From NCBI GenBank assembly GCA_963713605.1, contig CAVQMO010000012.1:256001-320000 (forward strand): 64,000 nucleotides of DNA, written 5' to 3'. Both the position numbers and the translations under genes were made by a program. The DNA is from an uncultured Nitrososphaerales archaeon (GTDB taxonomy: Archaea > Thermoproteota > Nitrososphaeria > Nitrososphaerales > Nitrososphaeraceae). Positions 20,777 through 32,399 of the stretch are shown here, piece after piece (the first letter of the stretch is position 1; the number at the start of each line of letters is the position of its first letter). The notes beneath the pieces are model-generated. The model was not told the origin of the DNA, did no database searches, and saw nothing but the letters and a program-made list of their open reading frames with translations.

Positions 20777-21277
20777 TCACGCTCTGGATAGTGGGAATTG
20801 AATCCAAAGCGTTTTGATCTCCTTGTTATTATTACTATAGTCATTATCCTGTGTGTGGGTACAATCATAATTTTTCCTGGAGGCGACTTGAAATGTAAGC
20901 CACTCCTTTAACCCGTGTCCTTCTTTATTTCCATAAAATGTGGCTAATACAGAAACTATTGATGACGATGTAGAATCAAATATCACACTTGGTTGATTAT
21001 AATCCATATCGATTGGCTCGTCTATGAATTCAATTTGGTATTGAAATCCATCACTGGCCATCATAACAATATTAAAAAAGGATTCAATTTCAGACTTGCC
21101 TTTGAGATGTATTTTCTCTCTTAGATTATTATGTAATAGAGTCCCTTTGCCCAACGGTTCGTATATAACACAGTCATCCGCAAACAGATTCAAAAGTCCT
21201 TGCATGTCTTTTTCGTTTATGAGATGAAAGTAGTCTGACACAATTCGACGGTTATTATCATTATAGTGAGAGTTCAA
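20777..21277 (-). CDS. NTF2/SnoaL-like fold protein
   Basis: IVSDYFHLINEKDMQGLLNLFADDCVIYEP...GKSEIESFF. Confidence 0.75.
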   Translation of the reverse strand: MNSHYNDNNRRIVSDYFHLINEKDMQGLLNLFADDCVIYEPLGKGTLLHNNLREKIHLKGKSEIESFFNIVMMASDGFQYQIEFIDEPIDMDYNQPSVIFDSTSSSIVSVLATFYGNKEGHGLKEWLTFQVASRKNYDCTHTQDNDYSNNNKEIKTLWIQFPLSRA

Positions 21278-21809
21278 GTGTTACTACTCCTTCTAATAAT
21301 AGATTATTTCGTTCTGACGGTTTAGGTTTCGTGTATTCTTCAATACAATACTACATCTTATCAGAATGATTGATAAATAATAGGTTTGCATCGTAATGCA
21401 GTGAAATATAATTGCTATCAGCAACGATAAAGCAGGTAGTCAACTTCCAGGTGGCGAGAGGCTAAGGCAATTGATGTGTATAACTAATATTCTATTTTTT
21501 CCTGGGTAGTCTTTTGACGTTTCCAGACGCTCATTAACAGAAGCATCGTAAATTCTTCTTTTGTCTAGGTTGATCCCATTGTTATTGCAAAAGGTTCTTT
21601 GGGCCGTTATGTATCTCTGCTTGGGGGCTCAAAAAGCGCCCTGAATCTATTCTAATTATAATTTGGTACCTATTTTCTCCCATTGATACTTTGTTAACTG
21701 CATATTTGTTACTCTTTAGTCTATTCTCATATTTGGCAATCTATCAAGAATTAATATATTATACTTGTAGATAACATATTGATAAATAGCTGTTCTTGGC
21801 CTATGTGTT

Positions 21810-22391
21810 GTGTCACATCCAAGTATAAGAACAAGAAGCATCACTTTCCGATTAGATCCTAATACAGTGGACAATCTTCAAAGGGAGGCTGACCAGAAGG
21901 AGATATCCTTAAATGTTTTGGTAAATCAGGTTCTTAGAAGATACGTTAAATGGGACGCATTTGAACCTAAAATAGGTATGATGCCTGTCCCAAAAATAAT
22001 ACTTTCTACATGCTTTAACAAAGCAATCCTGGCAGCAAATGAAGCTGGAATGAATCAAGACGAAATAGAATCGCATCGAGATGAGATGATAAAGAGTGCT
22101 GCAGAAATATCATTTAGATTGATAAAAGATTCTGCGCTTCTTATGAAGAGAACATACAATCTATGGACTGTGTTAGAAATACTCCAGGAATATATGAAGG
22201 TGTCTGATATGAAATCAAATCATAGAATAGAGGCAGGCAACAATCATGTATTCATGATACAGCATGAACTGGGTGAAAACTGGTCATTATTTACCAAGGT
22301 ACTTCTGAACTTGATTTTTGAGAACCTTGCTAGTGTAAGACCAGACGTCAATACAACTCCAAATACAATCATAGCGAAAGTGACACTTTAG
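21810..22391 (+). CDS. Ribbon-helix-helix domain regulator-like protein
   Basis: TRSITFRLD......LQREADQKEISLNVLVNQVLRRYV; C-terminal IQHELGENWSLF. Confidence 0.7.
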   Translation: MSHPSIRTRSITFRLDPNTVDNLQREADQKEISLNVLVNQVLRRYVKWDAFEPKIGMMPVPKIILSTCFNKAILAANEAGMNQDEIESHRDEMIKSAAEISFRLIKDSALLMKRTYNLWTVLEILQEYMKVSDMKSNHRIEAGNNHVFMIQHELGENWSLFTKVLLNLIFENLASVRPDVNTTPNTIIAKVTL

Positions 22392-22536
22392 AAATGCTCC
22401 TTTTTAAACTTGAATAAACTAGGTTAGACAGAATTAACCAACTCTGGACGCAACTAGCCAGTGCTTCTGGGATTCTATACTGTCAATGGGCTATGCGCTT
22501 CACTAAGCTCTCCTTAATTTTTCCAAGATGCACATT

Positions 22537-22594
22537 GCATCATAATAGCATCATAATAGCATCATAATAGCATCATAATAGCATCATAATAGCA
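22537..22594. repeat. 11-bp tandem repeat x5
   Basis: (GCATCATAATA)5 plus GCA. Confidence 0.95.
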
Positions 22595-22943
22595 AGCTTA
22601 GTATCAATTGTTCTGTTTGGATTATACCACTTTGATCATAGTCCTCCTTTTAATCGACCGAATATGGTAACATTTCTGATGACTAACTAGTATCATTTTA
22701 TTTTGCAGGATGAGAGAAGTATTATACTACAATGACTATTCATCACTTTCTAGCACTAATCTGAGTATCTGGGAACTGATCTCACCTCGTTAGCACACTC
22801 ACTATATCCAGCTATGATACTAGCACTAGTGTCTGTGATGGTTCTGATTACATTAGATCTGTTCTTGGTACGGAGAACTAGGACAATACGTGTTTAATTG
22901 CATATCCGTACCATTAAGAGAGAGCCTACTTCATTAATTCATA

Positions 22944-23990
22944 TTATGTTACCTGGAGAAAGTTTTCTAAAATTTTTGCAAAATTCTCGGGATACTGAAA
23001 CATTAACCCATGCCCTCCCCCTTCTATCTGCACGAGCCATGCTCCGGGAATCTTTTCAGCTAATACTATGGAATTTGTTGGAGGTGAAGTAATATCTTGA
23101 GTTCCTGTCATTACAAGTGTTTCTTTAGAGATGTCTGAAAGTTTTTCACAAGAATCCCATTTACCAGCCGCTGCAGACTGCAGTTGAAGATTCTCACTTG
23201 AGACTTTGCCCATGGGGAAAATGAATTCATTTTCTATGTATTGAGTATTGTTCTGTATCCAGTCTTGTGGAAATAAGGTATGCAGAAAGACCTCCTCAGT
23301 GGCATTTCCAGATACCATACTTTTGAAGACTTGTGGACTTACTTCTGGAGGTATTGTTTGGTTGCCACCGCAATTTGATGCAACGAGAATAAGCCTGTTG
23401 ACCTTTTCTGGATGTAAAAGAGCAAGCTCTTGAGCTGTGAATCCTCCTAAAGACAATCTAACCACATCAACTGGTTGCCTTATCTCTAGTGCATCTATCA
23501 GAGCCGCAGTATCTTTTGCAAATTGGTCTATCGTAAAAGCAGTATCATTAGTAATAATAGTCTCATTTCCTGTTGTTGTCTGCCCGATTCCACGATTGTC
23601 AAAAAGGATCATGGTATGATTTTCAGGTAAACCGTTTAACATCGGCTCCCACATATCCATTGTCATTGAAAATCCTGGAATAAATAGGAGAGGATCTCCT
23701 TTCCCAAAAATTTGATATGCGATATCGATATCTCCAACCCTAATTTTCTTAATTTCAGTACTTGGAAGTTTAATGGATGTTTCTAATGATGAAAAGTTTC
23801 CGCTCCTTGAATTGAAGGTGACAGAAGCGTTAACAGATAACGATGTTACCGTTGATGTTATTAAAAATAAAAACACAACTATTAAAGTAAGGTTTTTTAT
23901 TAGATTTATTGGCATATCTACAATGTGACAAATAAAATATAATAAAGATTCTTTCGCTTGTAAACGTCCCAACATAAACGTTGGAACCAT
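22944..23990 (-). CDS. Secreted alpha/beta hydrolase (true start probably the internal MPINLIK)
   Basis: FIPGF, FDNRGIG, xLSLGG nucleophile elbow, GTQD, GGGH. Confidence 0.85.
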   Translation of the reverse strand: MVPTFMLGRLQAKESLLYFICHIVDMPINLIKNLTLIVVFLFLITSTVTSLSVNASVTFNSRSGNFSSLETSIKLPSTEIKKIRVGDIDIAYQIFGKGDPLLFIPGFSMTMDMWEPMLNGLPENHTMILFDNRGIGQTTTGNETIITNDTAFTIDQFAKDTAALIDALEIRQPVDVVRLSLGGFTAQELALLHPEKVNRLILVASNCGGNQTIPPEVSPQVFKSMVSGNATEEVFLHTLFPQDWIQNNTQYIENEFIFPMGKVSSENLQLQSAAAGKWDSCEKLSDISKETLVMTGTQDITSPPTNSIVLAEKIPGAWLVQIEGGGHGLMFQYPENFAKILENFLQVT

Positions 23991-24130
23991 AATCTATAAC
24001 TGAATGATGTTTACATGTCTGCCTAATACTTCTACTCTGGTTAAATCGTGCCGATCATGACGTAAACAGATGATTTTCTTATGCACCAAAATCCTCACAT
24101 ATGATATATTCGGTACCATTAAGAGGCAAA

Positions 24131-24379
24131 ATGAAAGAGAAGCACCATTATGTAAGAAATTGGATCGTACCTGTCGCCTTGATGATAGCCGTGTTCAGTC
24201 TAACTCCAACTCGCATTTTGACTAACTCTGCATATGCTACTATTGACGTGCAAGCAAGGCAAAAGGCCGCTGCAGTCATGAATCTCATTGACCAATCTCT
24301 GGGCTTCTATGTAAATGCCACCGGAAGTCCCTATATCGAACATCTTCCTACCGGTTCTGCTATCGGCATAAATCGCTAA
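24131..24379 (+). pseudogene. Truncated paralogue of the secreted protein at 38938-39447
   Basis: ATIDVQARQKAAAVMNLIDQSLGFYVNATGS nearly identical to the full copy. Confidence 0.7.
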
Positions 24380-24651
24380 GAATTGTTTCTTTTGATGCAG
24401 TAATAATCATTATAATTTTCGGGTGGAGTATAGAGCCCGGAAGAATAATATTGAAAGAATGCACTGCGCTGCAAAGCAGACGTCCAGATTATATTCTTGT
24501 TCGTTAGTACAAAATATTCCATACTGTCATATTAACTTGTTTCCAGCGCCAAATTCTAACGCATGCGACCCATGCTGTCGTAGCAATTCGGAGGTTAGAC
24601 GACAGGCACTATGTCGAATTGAAGTGGATCCATTTGAGTGAACGTAGGAAT

Positions 24652-25126
24652 ATGATCAGGTTTAATGAGGATTACGATAAATATGGAGACAGAGAAAAAT
24701 ATGTCAGGACGCAGTTTTCCGATAAGGCCCACAGACTTTCTTATCTGTTAGCAGTTCTAGGACAGAACAACGTATATGCCTCATTTGAAGCGATCAGAGA
24801 AACAGAGATCAAATGGCATAAGCATCGAGACTGCGCTATCCAAAACGAATCTTCGAAGAAAGGTTTTATATTCAAGCTTAAATAAGTTGCTTTGTATCGG
24901 TTTAATACGTAGGAAAGGGAAGACATATTATGTCACTCCGTTTGGAGAATATATTCATTCTAGCTTAGAAATTATAAAAGATGCGATTTCTATTCGATCA
25001 CAACTTCAAATAGTTGATGCTTTTCTGCAATCTCGTACCTGGGATTCCAACCGATAACATTCGTATGATCATAGATTCAATAGTAAAACACCACGAGATA
25101 CGTGAGATCTTAAAAAAGGTTTTAAC
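24652..25126 (+). CDS. Winged-helix transcription regulator, frameshifted
   Basis: TNLRRKVLYSSLNKLLCIGLIRRKGKTYYVTPFG across 2-3 frames. Confidence 0.6.
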
Positions 25127-26358
25127 ATAAAGATGTTCATAAGTAGATAGATCTATTTCGTGTGAATACCAACAGACTTTGTTGCTATCCTGATGGCGAT
25201 TGGCGAATTAGAAGTCTCCAAAATCAGACGACTAATTGATTGACATGTAATTTATTTCATACAAAGATCATAGGTAATATCCGACACGTGCGGGCTAGTC
25301 CCTGGAGATGTTTTGCACCCGTGGATAAAGTTGCAGTTGTAGGTGTAGTTAACATTAATACTCCGCGTAGAAGCAGTTACCATTAGCACTGCCGTGAAAA
25401 CAAGTTTCACTTTGTCATGATTGGAGACGTTTTTCATTTCCGGCTAGAGTTATTTAGGAATACTATATGAAATAATTTTCTTTATCCGCAGGATTTTCAC
25501 AGTTCACTGTCGGCGGTGGCTAAATGTATTGAATACATTTAAGCTACGTTTTCCAGCCATGTTGCTGTTGCTAAAGATGATAAAATGAACTACCTTTTAA
25601 AAAACAGTAAAAAGCCCTTCCTTAACTTGGCTGCTCTCCAATGTGTCAAGTACTGCTTGAAAAGCAGGAAAAGTGGCTAGGTTGCTAATTAATTAACTAA
25701 CTAAGGCCATAGTGATACGACTTGCGCTATGTCCTTAGATAGTCTCGGTTACTTTTTGCCAAATTTATGCCTGGGCAAATTCGATTGCTCTAAATTCTTC
25801 TTCTTAGAGTATCTGTTTAGCCAGTACGATTATTTTTTCAGGAGGTGGAGTCGTTACATTTGCGTTAGCAAAGTACTGCTCGATTGCGTTATAGACTTTG
25901 GTTTTATGTGCTATAGTTGTTGCGGATATTGCCTGTGTTGTTAAGGCGATGGTGCTTAGGAGTAGTGCGATTATTGCGCTTACTTCATGCATCATCTGTT
26001 TATTTCTCTTGAGTTACGAAATACTGCATCCAGAGCTGCCATCCAGAGCTGCCATGCTGCGAATGCGACCATTGCGGTGGTCATAGTGAAAGTCGAGTAT
26101 TCGATCACTCTGTTCCAGAATTTGTTTTGTCTTCTAGTTATTTCTTGTACAACATTGCCATTTTCTTTTTCCCACTATCTCTCCTTAGTATTATCTACTG
26201 CAACGTATTACTTAGGGTTGCCGTCTACACTGCAGTACGTATGCAGCTACTATTGGTCTTCTTTATATTCCGACATGTGTGGATTATTGTCTTTGAACAC
26301 TAGTGTGGATTATTGCTGTCATTATTGCGATTATCGTGATTGTAGTTCGGCCTAATTA

Positions 26359-27378
26359 CTATACTGTAGGCTTAAACGTAAATTTCATTAATCCTTCTTT
26401 TGCTTGTCCACTTTTATTTACTTGTTCTGCTATCTGCATAACGACTGGCTTTGGTATCATAAAGTGAACTACATCCTTTGTACTATTGGTGGGATCTATC
26501 ATTAAGTCTTTTGTAACATCAACACCATTTATAGTTCCGATGTATGAATTAGCTACAAGTTCAGATGGTTTAGGAAGGAGGATTTCTTGATGCACCATTA
26601 CCTTGTTGTCCTGCAATCTTGTTAGATTCCAATCAAATGGCATAGTAAACTGCATCTCTTTAGTATTTGGATCAAAACTGAAATCTTTTAACTCATCATA
26701 ATAAGAAATTATCTGAACTGGAATTGGCTTGGTGTTGTTGTTACCTATTGAGACCTGTTGATTCTCTACGGCTCCCACACTTAACCAGCCTTCATATTCT
26801 GGCTGCTGATCATCTGGAAGAAACGATCTAGCGTAATCAATTGTAGCTATTCTTACTTTAAAGTGATATAAACCTCCTTCGGAGAATATGGGACCTGCTG
26901 CAACTACAGGACTATCTTCTCTTCCTGTAAACGCCTGCAAAATAGGATCTTGCTCTCCGTAAACAGTTATTCTTTCTGTATTACTTGGTTTCATTTCTAT
27001 TTTCAAATCTCCTTTGTCATCGTGAAACCAATCAGAAAGAAGCTTCTTGCCATCTTTATCAATTGTTATAAAATATGTTACATGTTTAAATCCCTCTTTT
27101 GTAGAAGGATCATAAAGCTTAAACTGAATAATTGGTTTTTGACTTTGGTTTTGTATGGTTTCGGTTGTAACTACTGGAGGCATCATCTTTATTATTAGAT
27201 CGGCTGTTCTACCTCCAAATGATGCTGAAAGCTCTTCCATGAATAGACCATCAGCATAGGCAGTATTTGGATATATTAATGGAGAGAAAACAATAATGGA
27301 ACCGAAAACGAATATTGAAGCAACTACATATCCTAACTTGCGTGTATAAAATATTGAGGTTACTTTCTTCTTTCTCAC
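26359..27378 (-). CDS. Secreted protein resembling the N-terminal part of thaumarchaeal PEFG-CTERM surface proteins
   Basis: Signal peptide ending AYAD; beta-rich; HVTYFITI, GGLYHF, FTMPFDW; no sorting tail seen. Confidence 0.6.
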   Translation of the reverse strand: MRKKKVTSIFYTRKLGYVVASIFVFGSIIVFSPLIYPNTAYADGLFMEELSASFGGRTADLIIKMMPPVVTTETIQNQSQKPIIQFKLYDPSTKEGFKHVTYFITIDKDGKKLLSDWFHDDKGDLKIEMKPSNTERITVYGEQDPILQAFTGREDSPVVAAGPIFSEGGLYHFKVRIATIDYARSFLPDDQQPEYEGWLSVGAVENQQVSIGNNNTKPIPVQIISYYDELKDFSFDPNTKEMQFTMPFDWNLTRLQDNKVMVHQEILLPKPSELVANSYIGTINGVDVTKDLMIDPTNSTKDVVHFMIPKPVVMQIAEQVNKSGQAKEGLMKFTFKPTV

Positions 27379-27674
27379 ATGCTTCCCATCTTTAGTATAG
27401 TATATTAAGTCTCTTGCATATTTAATGGTTAAAGCGTTGATTTCTTATAAAATATGCTTTATTGCAGATCTTCCTCATTCAAATATGACTTATGCAATAA
27501 TTGCAAAGTAACTTGTTCTCTTCCTCATATTGCCAATGGTGCTGTTCGCATTATTCTTCGGTAGTTTGACCTACGTACTGCTATTCAAATATTAATGAAT
27601 AAAAACATCAAAATTGCTTTGCTTTGCATTATTTTGAGCATTTTCCAGATCAGAATAAAAATATCTAATATACG

Positions 27675-28505
27675 CTATATTTTGATACTACCTTGCAAGT
27701 GCAGCCTTTCATACTTTATTGCTTCTCTAATTATTGTAATTTCAACCTGTTCAGCCATCTTACTTAGCTTCGCCACATCTTCCTTATAGTCTTCAAAGGA
27801 TGTGTGATCCTTCTTGCCCATGAAAATCTCCTTGCTTTGATAACCAAGCATGGCACTCTCAATTAAAAACCATACATCTACACCCCATCCGTCAGGAGAA
27901 CCTTGTACGTCTAACAATTTTTCCCACATCTGTCGTCTAGCACACACCTCACCACTTAAGGGTTGTTCAAAGTGTGATACCTCTGGAAAGAATACGTTCA
28001 GCATTGGTCTTGCAATCAGCTTTGTTACTGCTGCATCCCTAGATTGTCTTTCATAATAACCTCTTGACATGTCACAGTTATTTTGTATTAGTGCATCTAC
28101 CAATTTATCTATCCAATCTGAAGAAAGATTTTTTATGTCTGCATCGAGAAATAAAGCAACATCAGCAGCTTGATTCTTGATTGCCTCTCTTAAACCTGCT
28201 TTCATGGCATTTCCTTTCCCTGGGAATATCTTCTCTGGCTGCTGAATTACAACTGCTCCCGCTTTCATCGCTAACTTTGCAGTGTTATCGTTGGAATATG
28301 CGTCGACTACAATTATTTCAGGGTTGAATCTGCTTGTTGATGCAACGTGTACAACATTCTCTATAGTAGATTCCTCATTCTTTGCGGGAAATATTACTGC
28401 TACCTTCAAATCTTCTTCTGCAATCAGACTGTTATCATCACTATTATTATTTTTTCTGCTGTTGTGAATTATATCTCCTTTTTGAGAAACCATGCTGCTT
28501 ATCAA
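27675..28505 (-). CDS. GT-A glycosyltransferase, glucosyl/mannosyl-3-phosphoglycerate synthase-like
   Basis: PAKNEE, GKGNAM, DAD, VTKLIARP, QPLSGE, GWGVD. Confidence 0.75.
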   Translation of the reverse strand: MISSMVSQKGDIIHNSRKNNNSDDNSLIAEEDLKVAVIFPAKNEESTIENVVHVASTSRFNPEIIVVDAYSNDNTAKLAMKAGAVVIQQPEKIFPGKGNAMKAGLREAIKNQAADVALFLDADIKNLSSDWIDKLVDALIQNNCDMSRGYYERQSRDAAVTKLIARPMLNVFFPEVSHFEQPLSGEVCARRQMWEKLLDVQGSPDGWGVDVWFLIESAMLGYQSKEIFMGKKDHTSFEDYKEDVAKLSKMAEQVEITIIREAIKYERLHLQGSIKI

Positions 28506-28801
28506 AACTCACTATATGCTAAAGAGATTCTTCCTGAAATAATCTGTATTCCATCTTTGTTAACTCCAAATAATCTGCTAACTTCTCGATTAACTCTAAA
28601 TTCGCTTTACCCTCTTTTAGGACTGGATCTTGGGATATTGTGATCTCAATCAACTATTACTTTACCATTAAATCAAATTTAACTTAAACAGTAAACCTCA
28701 CACACACTTCGGAATTACATCCTTTCTTACTTTTTTGAGAAGTGCTACTTTAAGTAAATAGTGGACGCTACAGCTAGGGACATCCATGTATATAACATTG
28801 T

Positions 28802-29272
28802 TTACTGTTTACTATAATCCCAGGTCGAGTAGTACTTTGGACTAATTTCTAGAATAACTGATTGGCCTTTCCTTTGCATATCTAAAAGTGCAAGAGACAT
28901 CGGATGGTCTACACTTCCCAAGTACTTGACCATTATTTTCTCTGCAATAGGAACATTGAATTTAATATCTTCATGAATCTTCACATTCCCCTTTCCACGT
29001 ACTCCTTTATAGGGCGGATTTGGCTCGTCTATGCAAAAGTAAACATTCCCGCTCTTTCGGAGATTGGCCGTTTTCTTGGCCTGCTTAGAGGTTTCAACAT
29101 ATATCAATTCCTTTGAAGGATCGTAATAGAACCATGTAGGGTGAATATTAGCATCGCCTTTTTCATCTACGGTTCCTAGATGTATGTTTAGTTTACCTGA
29201 TGTTAAGAAATTCTTGGTTTCTTGTACGCTTAGAGGGGCGCCGAATCCTGGACTTGCATTTAGAACTTTCAA
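28802..29272 (-). CDS. Pyridoxamine 5'-phosphate oxidase-like split-barrel (FMN/F420-binding) protein
   Basis: LGTVDEKG...PTWFYYD...KKTANL...YKGVRGKG...TWDYSK. Confidence 0.8.
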   Translation of the reverse strand: MKVLNASPGFGAPLSVQETKNFLTSGKLNIHLGTVDEKGDANIHPTWFYYDPSKELIYVETSKQAKKTANLRKSGNVYFCIDEPNPPYKGVRGKGNVKIHEDIKFNVPIAEKIMVKYLGSVDHPMSLALLDMQRKGQSVILEISPKYYSTWDYSKQ

Positions 29273-30141
29273 TACTGTTAGGTTGTGATATTTTTGCGGA
29301 CTTAAAATTCTTTCAGGTATGGCTGGTATGCCATGAGAACATAAGAAAGCAGAATTTAGAATAAGCGGGATCTGTTAGTAGCGAAGCCTGAATCAATCTA
29401 CCGTTCTGTATTCTGTTTCTATCTTCCTTGCTTATTTCCTTGAGTTTTGCCTTTCCCTCTTGCTTGTGTAGGTTCCCCATACTGACTTGACAAATCATCG
29501 TTGTCATCGTCATGGCTGTTGACGTTGCTGTTATCGCTATATAAATTATTTTCAATCTTCTTTTCCTATATTTTCCTGGGCCTAAGGGGTAGTCCTAAAA
29601 GTTGGCTATTACAGAATCTCGCCACTGAAGAGCAAATTGATAGTAGGTGGAATAATCTTCGATTGTATCGTGCACAAGCACAGCGTAGCAGTCGTTCCAT
29701 AAGGTATTCTTCCCAGCAAACCGAATCACCCCTCTTAGCACAAGAATGGTGTGCCACTCATTTGTTTTAATGTGATTGAGAATACGTGAAATGTACGAGA
29801 TGTAACAAAGGTTCTACTATTCTCAAATCCAAACGGTCAAAAAACGTGAACAAAAATATAGTAATAAATCAGGAACAGATAACTTTTTGAGCGATCTCTA
29901 TTGCTCAATAATATTTCCAACTAGAACGACCGAAAAGGTACAAAATATCGTAGACAATAACATCAAATCATAGAGCATTCTAAGGATTACTCATAGTCAC
30001 AATATCGGAGTCATTTCAATATCCTTACTCCTGCTAAATCATTTCATGAAGCACTAGCTCTTCCGAACTTATCCGTTCGTTACATGAACAATCAAAGAAA
30101 TCCTTAGTTATAGAAACTACATATATCTACATGAAGAAGAT

Positions 30142-31047
30142 ATGCAAACTAGAATTAATGCCATCTTATCTGATTATGACGGAACATTGTCTCCAACTGA
30201 TACATTAAGGAGCAACACAGACTCAATACCAAAGCAGCTGGAAAGAGTCTTATGGAAAGTTTCTCAAAGAATTCCAGTTTGTATTATCTCGAGTAAAGAT
30301 TTTCATTTTATAAGCAGGAGAGCAAAATTTGCCAAGATTCTTTCGTGCATTATGGGTATTGAAACCATTGTTCTTGGAACTCATAAGCAATCATCAAATG
30401 AAATTGAAGAAAGAAGTAAGAATGGTGATAACTTGCGTTGTATCAAAGAACGTTATCTACTCCCTCATGCTCAGAAAATATTACAAACCCATTCAGTTAC
30501 ATTGTCTGAATTAGCAGAAAATATTGAATTAGAATTTAAAGACAATGTTATAGTGGAAAGAAAATATACTAGTGATAGAAGGTTCTTGGCAGGTATTACA
30601 ATTGATTATAGACATCTAAAGGATTGGAAGTTATACAAGAATAAACTTGAACCATCTTTAAAGGAAATGATCCAAAAGTACAGGCCATTATCGGCGATAT
30701 CAATGCCTGACTTGTATGTTTTGTCATACGGGTCGCATCCTTTCTTGGATGTATATGGTTTATACTCCGATAAAGGCATGGCATTTGATTTCATTATAGA
30801 TAATATCTTAGATATTGAAAAAAATAGAGGTACATTGTATTTAGGAGACTCAGAAAATGACAACGCTGCATTCAGAAAGGCTTCGATATCAGTAGGAGTA
30901 ATTTCAGATAAGAGACTTCAACCGAAATTAGACTGCCAATATTTGTTAGAATTCAAAAACCTTCCTGACTTTATTAGGCATTTAGCAGAAGATGGATTCG
31001 TGTTTTCAAAAGAAATGGATAATAGATTCTTCTTAGGCCACGACTAG
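30142..31047 (+). CDS. HAD superfamily (IIB-like) phosphatase
   Basis: Motif I SDYDGTL, motif II ISS, DKG, motif IV GDSEND. Confidence 0.85.
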   Translation: MQTRINAILSDYDGTLSPTDTLRSNTDSIPKQLERVLWKVSQRIPVCIISSKDFHFISRRAKFAKILSCIMGIETIVLGTHKQSSNEIEERSKNGDNLRCIKERYLLPHAQKILQTHSVTLSELAENIELEFKDNVIVERKYTSDRRFLAGITIDYRHLKDWKLYKNKLEPSLKEMIQKYRPLSAISMPDLYVLSYGSHPFLDVYGLYSDKGMAFDFIIDNILDIEKNRGTLYLGDSENDNAAFRKASISVGVISDKRLQPKLDCQYLLEFKNLPDFIRHLAEDGFVFSKEMDNRFFLGHD

Positions 31048-31172
31048 GTTAACTTAGGTAGGAACTAATGCTTTGACATAAATAGAATTCTCCAAATCGT
31101 ACCAGTTTAGTGCATAAAATAACTTCTTACCTAAACTTGCCTTTCAGTTATTTCTTATTCTCCAATGGCTAG

Positions 31173-31385
31173 TCAGTTGGGTGTTCCATTATTAGATTCA
31201 TTAAGGAGTCTATTAAAATCTGCGAGCCATTGTTCCTTCAGTGCCTCTATAACAGACTTCTGTTCGGGAGTTTGATTCGCTTCTAAGTGGATTATCCTTT
31301 CAGACTCTTCATATGCCTTTACGATATCTGTTGTGGATGCAAAGTATGCCACTATTAGTAGCAATACAATTGCTAAACTAATCAT
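31173..31385 (-). CDS. Small membrane-anchored hypothetical protein
   Basis: N-terminal hydrophobic helix. Confidence 0.45.
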   Translation of the reverse strand: MISLAIVLLLIVAYFASTTDIVKAYEESERIIHLEANQTPEQKSVIEALKEQWLADFNRLLNESNNGTPN

Positions 31386-31505
31386 ATTTTGGGGTTTTCC
31401 AATTTAGAAATCCCAGATATAAACCGATTGCTAATTAAGTTCAATCGAATAAGATCAACTTGGACTAATGAAGGCCCCCCCTCAACTTATCCATATCCAA
31501 TTAAA

Positions 31506-31808
31506 TTAGTCGTCTGGACATGTCATCTCTCTTATGGCTAGATAACGCTCATTCATCTCTTCAGCAAATTTGATTACTCTGTCTAAAGAAAATGCCGATT
31601 TGGAAAAGTACCACCTAATACCTACTTTGTGCCCCGTACCTCCGCCGTCATAAATGATGCCGTTTTCGCAATCGGCGCCATACTTTGGGTCAAGATATCT
31701 TTCTATCACTTCAAGCCCAAGCTTAGTCTTATCTTCCATGGTATAATGGTCAGATGTGTCATGGATAAAATAAAACTGGCCCTTCTTGATTGGCTCTGGG
31801 GTGCTCAT
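31506..31808 (-). CDS. Hypothetical protein
   Basis: 100-aa ORF directly downstream of and co-oriented with P-II. Confidence 0.6.
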   Translation of the reverse strand: MSTPEPIKKGQFYFIHDTSDHYTMEDKTKLGLEVIERYLDPKYGADCENGIIYDGGGTGHKVGIRWYFSKSAFSLDRVIKFAEEMNERYLAIREMTCPDD

Positions 31809-31850
31809 TGATCATCTATTCCTAAACTACAACGTGATGGATAACAGGTA

Positions 31851-32192
31851 TCAAATTGCAGACTCTCCTTTCTTCCCCGTCTTTATATCGAAGGTGAGTG
31901 GTACTTCTAGAACAAATATCTTTCCGCTTACCTCATTAGCACCGAGTCTATCCATTATTTTTCTTAACAACAAATCAACTTGGTCATCTTTAACAACCAC
32001 TTCAACTTTAGTTCTTGGTATGTATTCTGGTGTATACTTCATAGTCCCCCTTCCACCAGCAACTGCCTCTGCCTTTGTGCTTCCTCTTCCCTCCACCTTG
32101 TAATGAGTCATTCCGCCAACTTGTGCTTCCCTAAGAATCTCATCAACATGCTTTAGTGCCCGGTCAGGAATTACAATCTGAATTTGTTTCAA
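31851..32192 (-). CDS. glnB: P-II family nitrogen regulatory protein (GlnB/GlnK-like)
   Basis: GMT...VEGRG, T-loop, KVEVVV, GKIFV, IKTGKKGESAI. Confidence 0.92.
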   Translation of the reverse strand: MKQIQIVIPDRALKHVDEILREAQVGGMTHYKVEGRGSTKAEAVAGGRGTMKYTPEYIPRTKVEVVVKDDQVDLLLRKIMDRLGANEVSGKIFVLEVPLTFDIKTGKKGESAI

Positions 32193-32399
32193 ATTTTGTC
32201 AGGCTTCACTTGTGTATTCTTGCCCGTATAAATAGTAAGTGTGTGCAATGCATTACTGTGCATTAGTACATAAATTAGTAATAGTAACATCTCACAATAA
32301 TAGAAGTCTTAAGACTTTAGAGGTGGTATATCATTATCGATATAATGAAATGACGTGAGGTGGCTATCCATGGCTTTTTAAATTATTTCTAAACAAGGA

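Noticed and set aside
21447..21480. GGTGGCGAGAGGCTAAGGC resembles a tRNA D-arm
   Set aside because: No T-arm or acceptor stem could be built downstream
26231..26245. TGCA-N7-TGCA (and TGCA-N3-TGCA at 22529) as members of the operator motif
   Set aside because: Spacing differs from the N6 consensus; excluded from the count
29313..29770. Short overlapping ORFs between the split-barrel gene and the HAD gene
   Set aside because: No recognisable motifs; mutually overlapping, probably spurious or decayed
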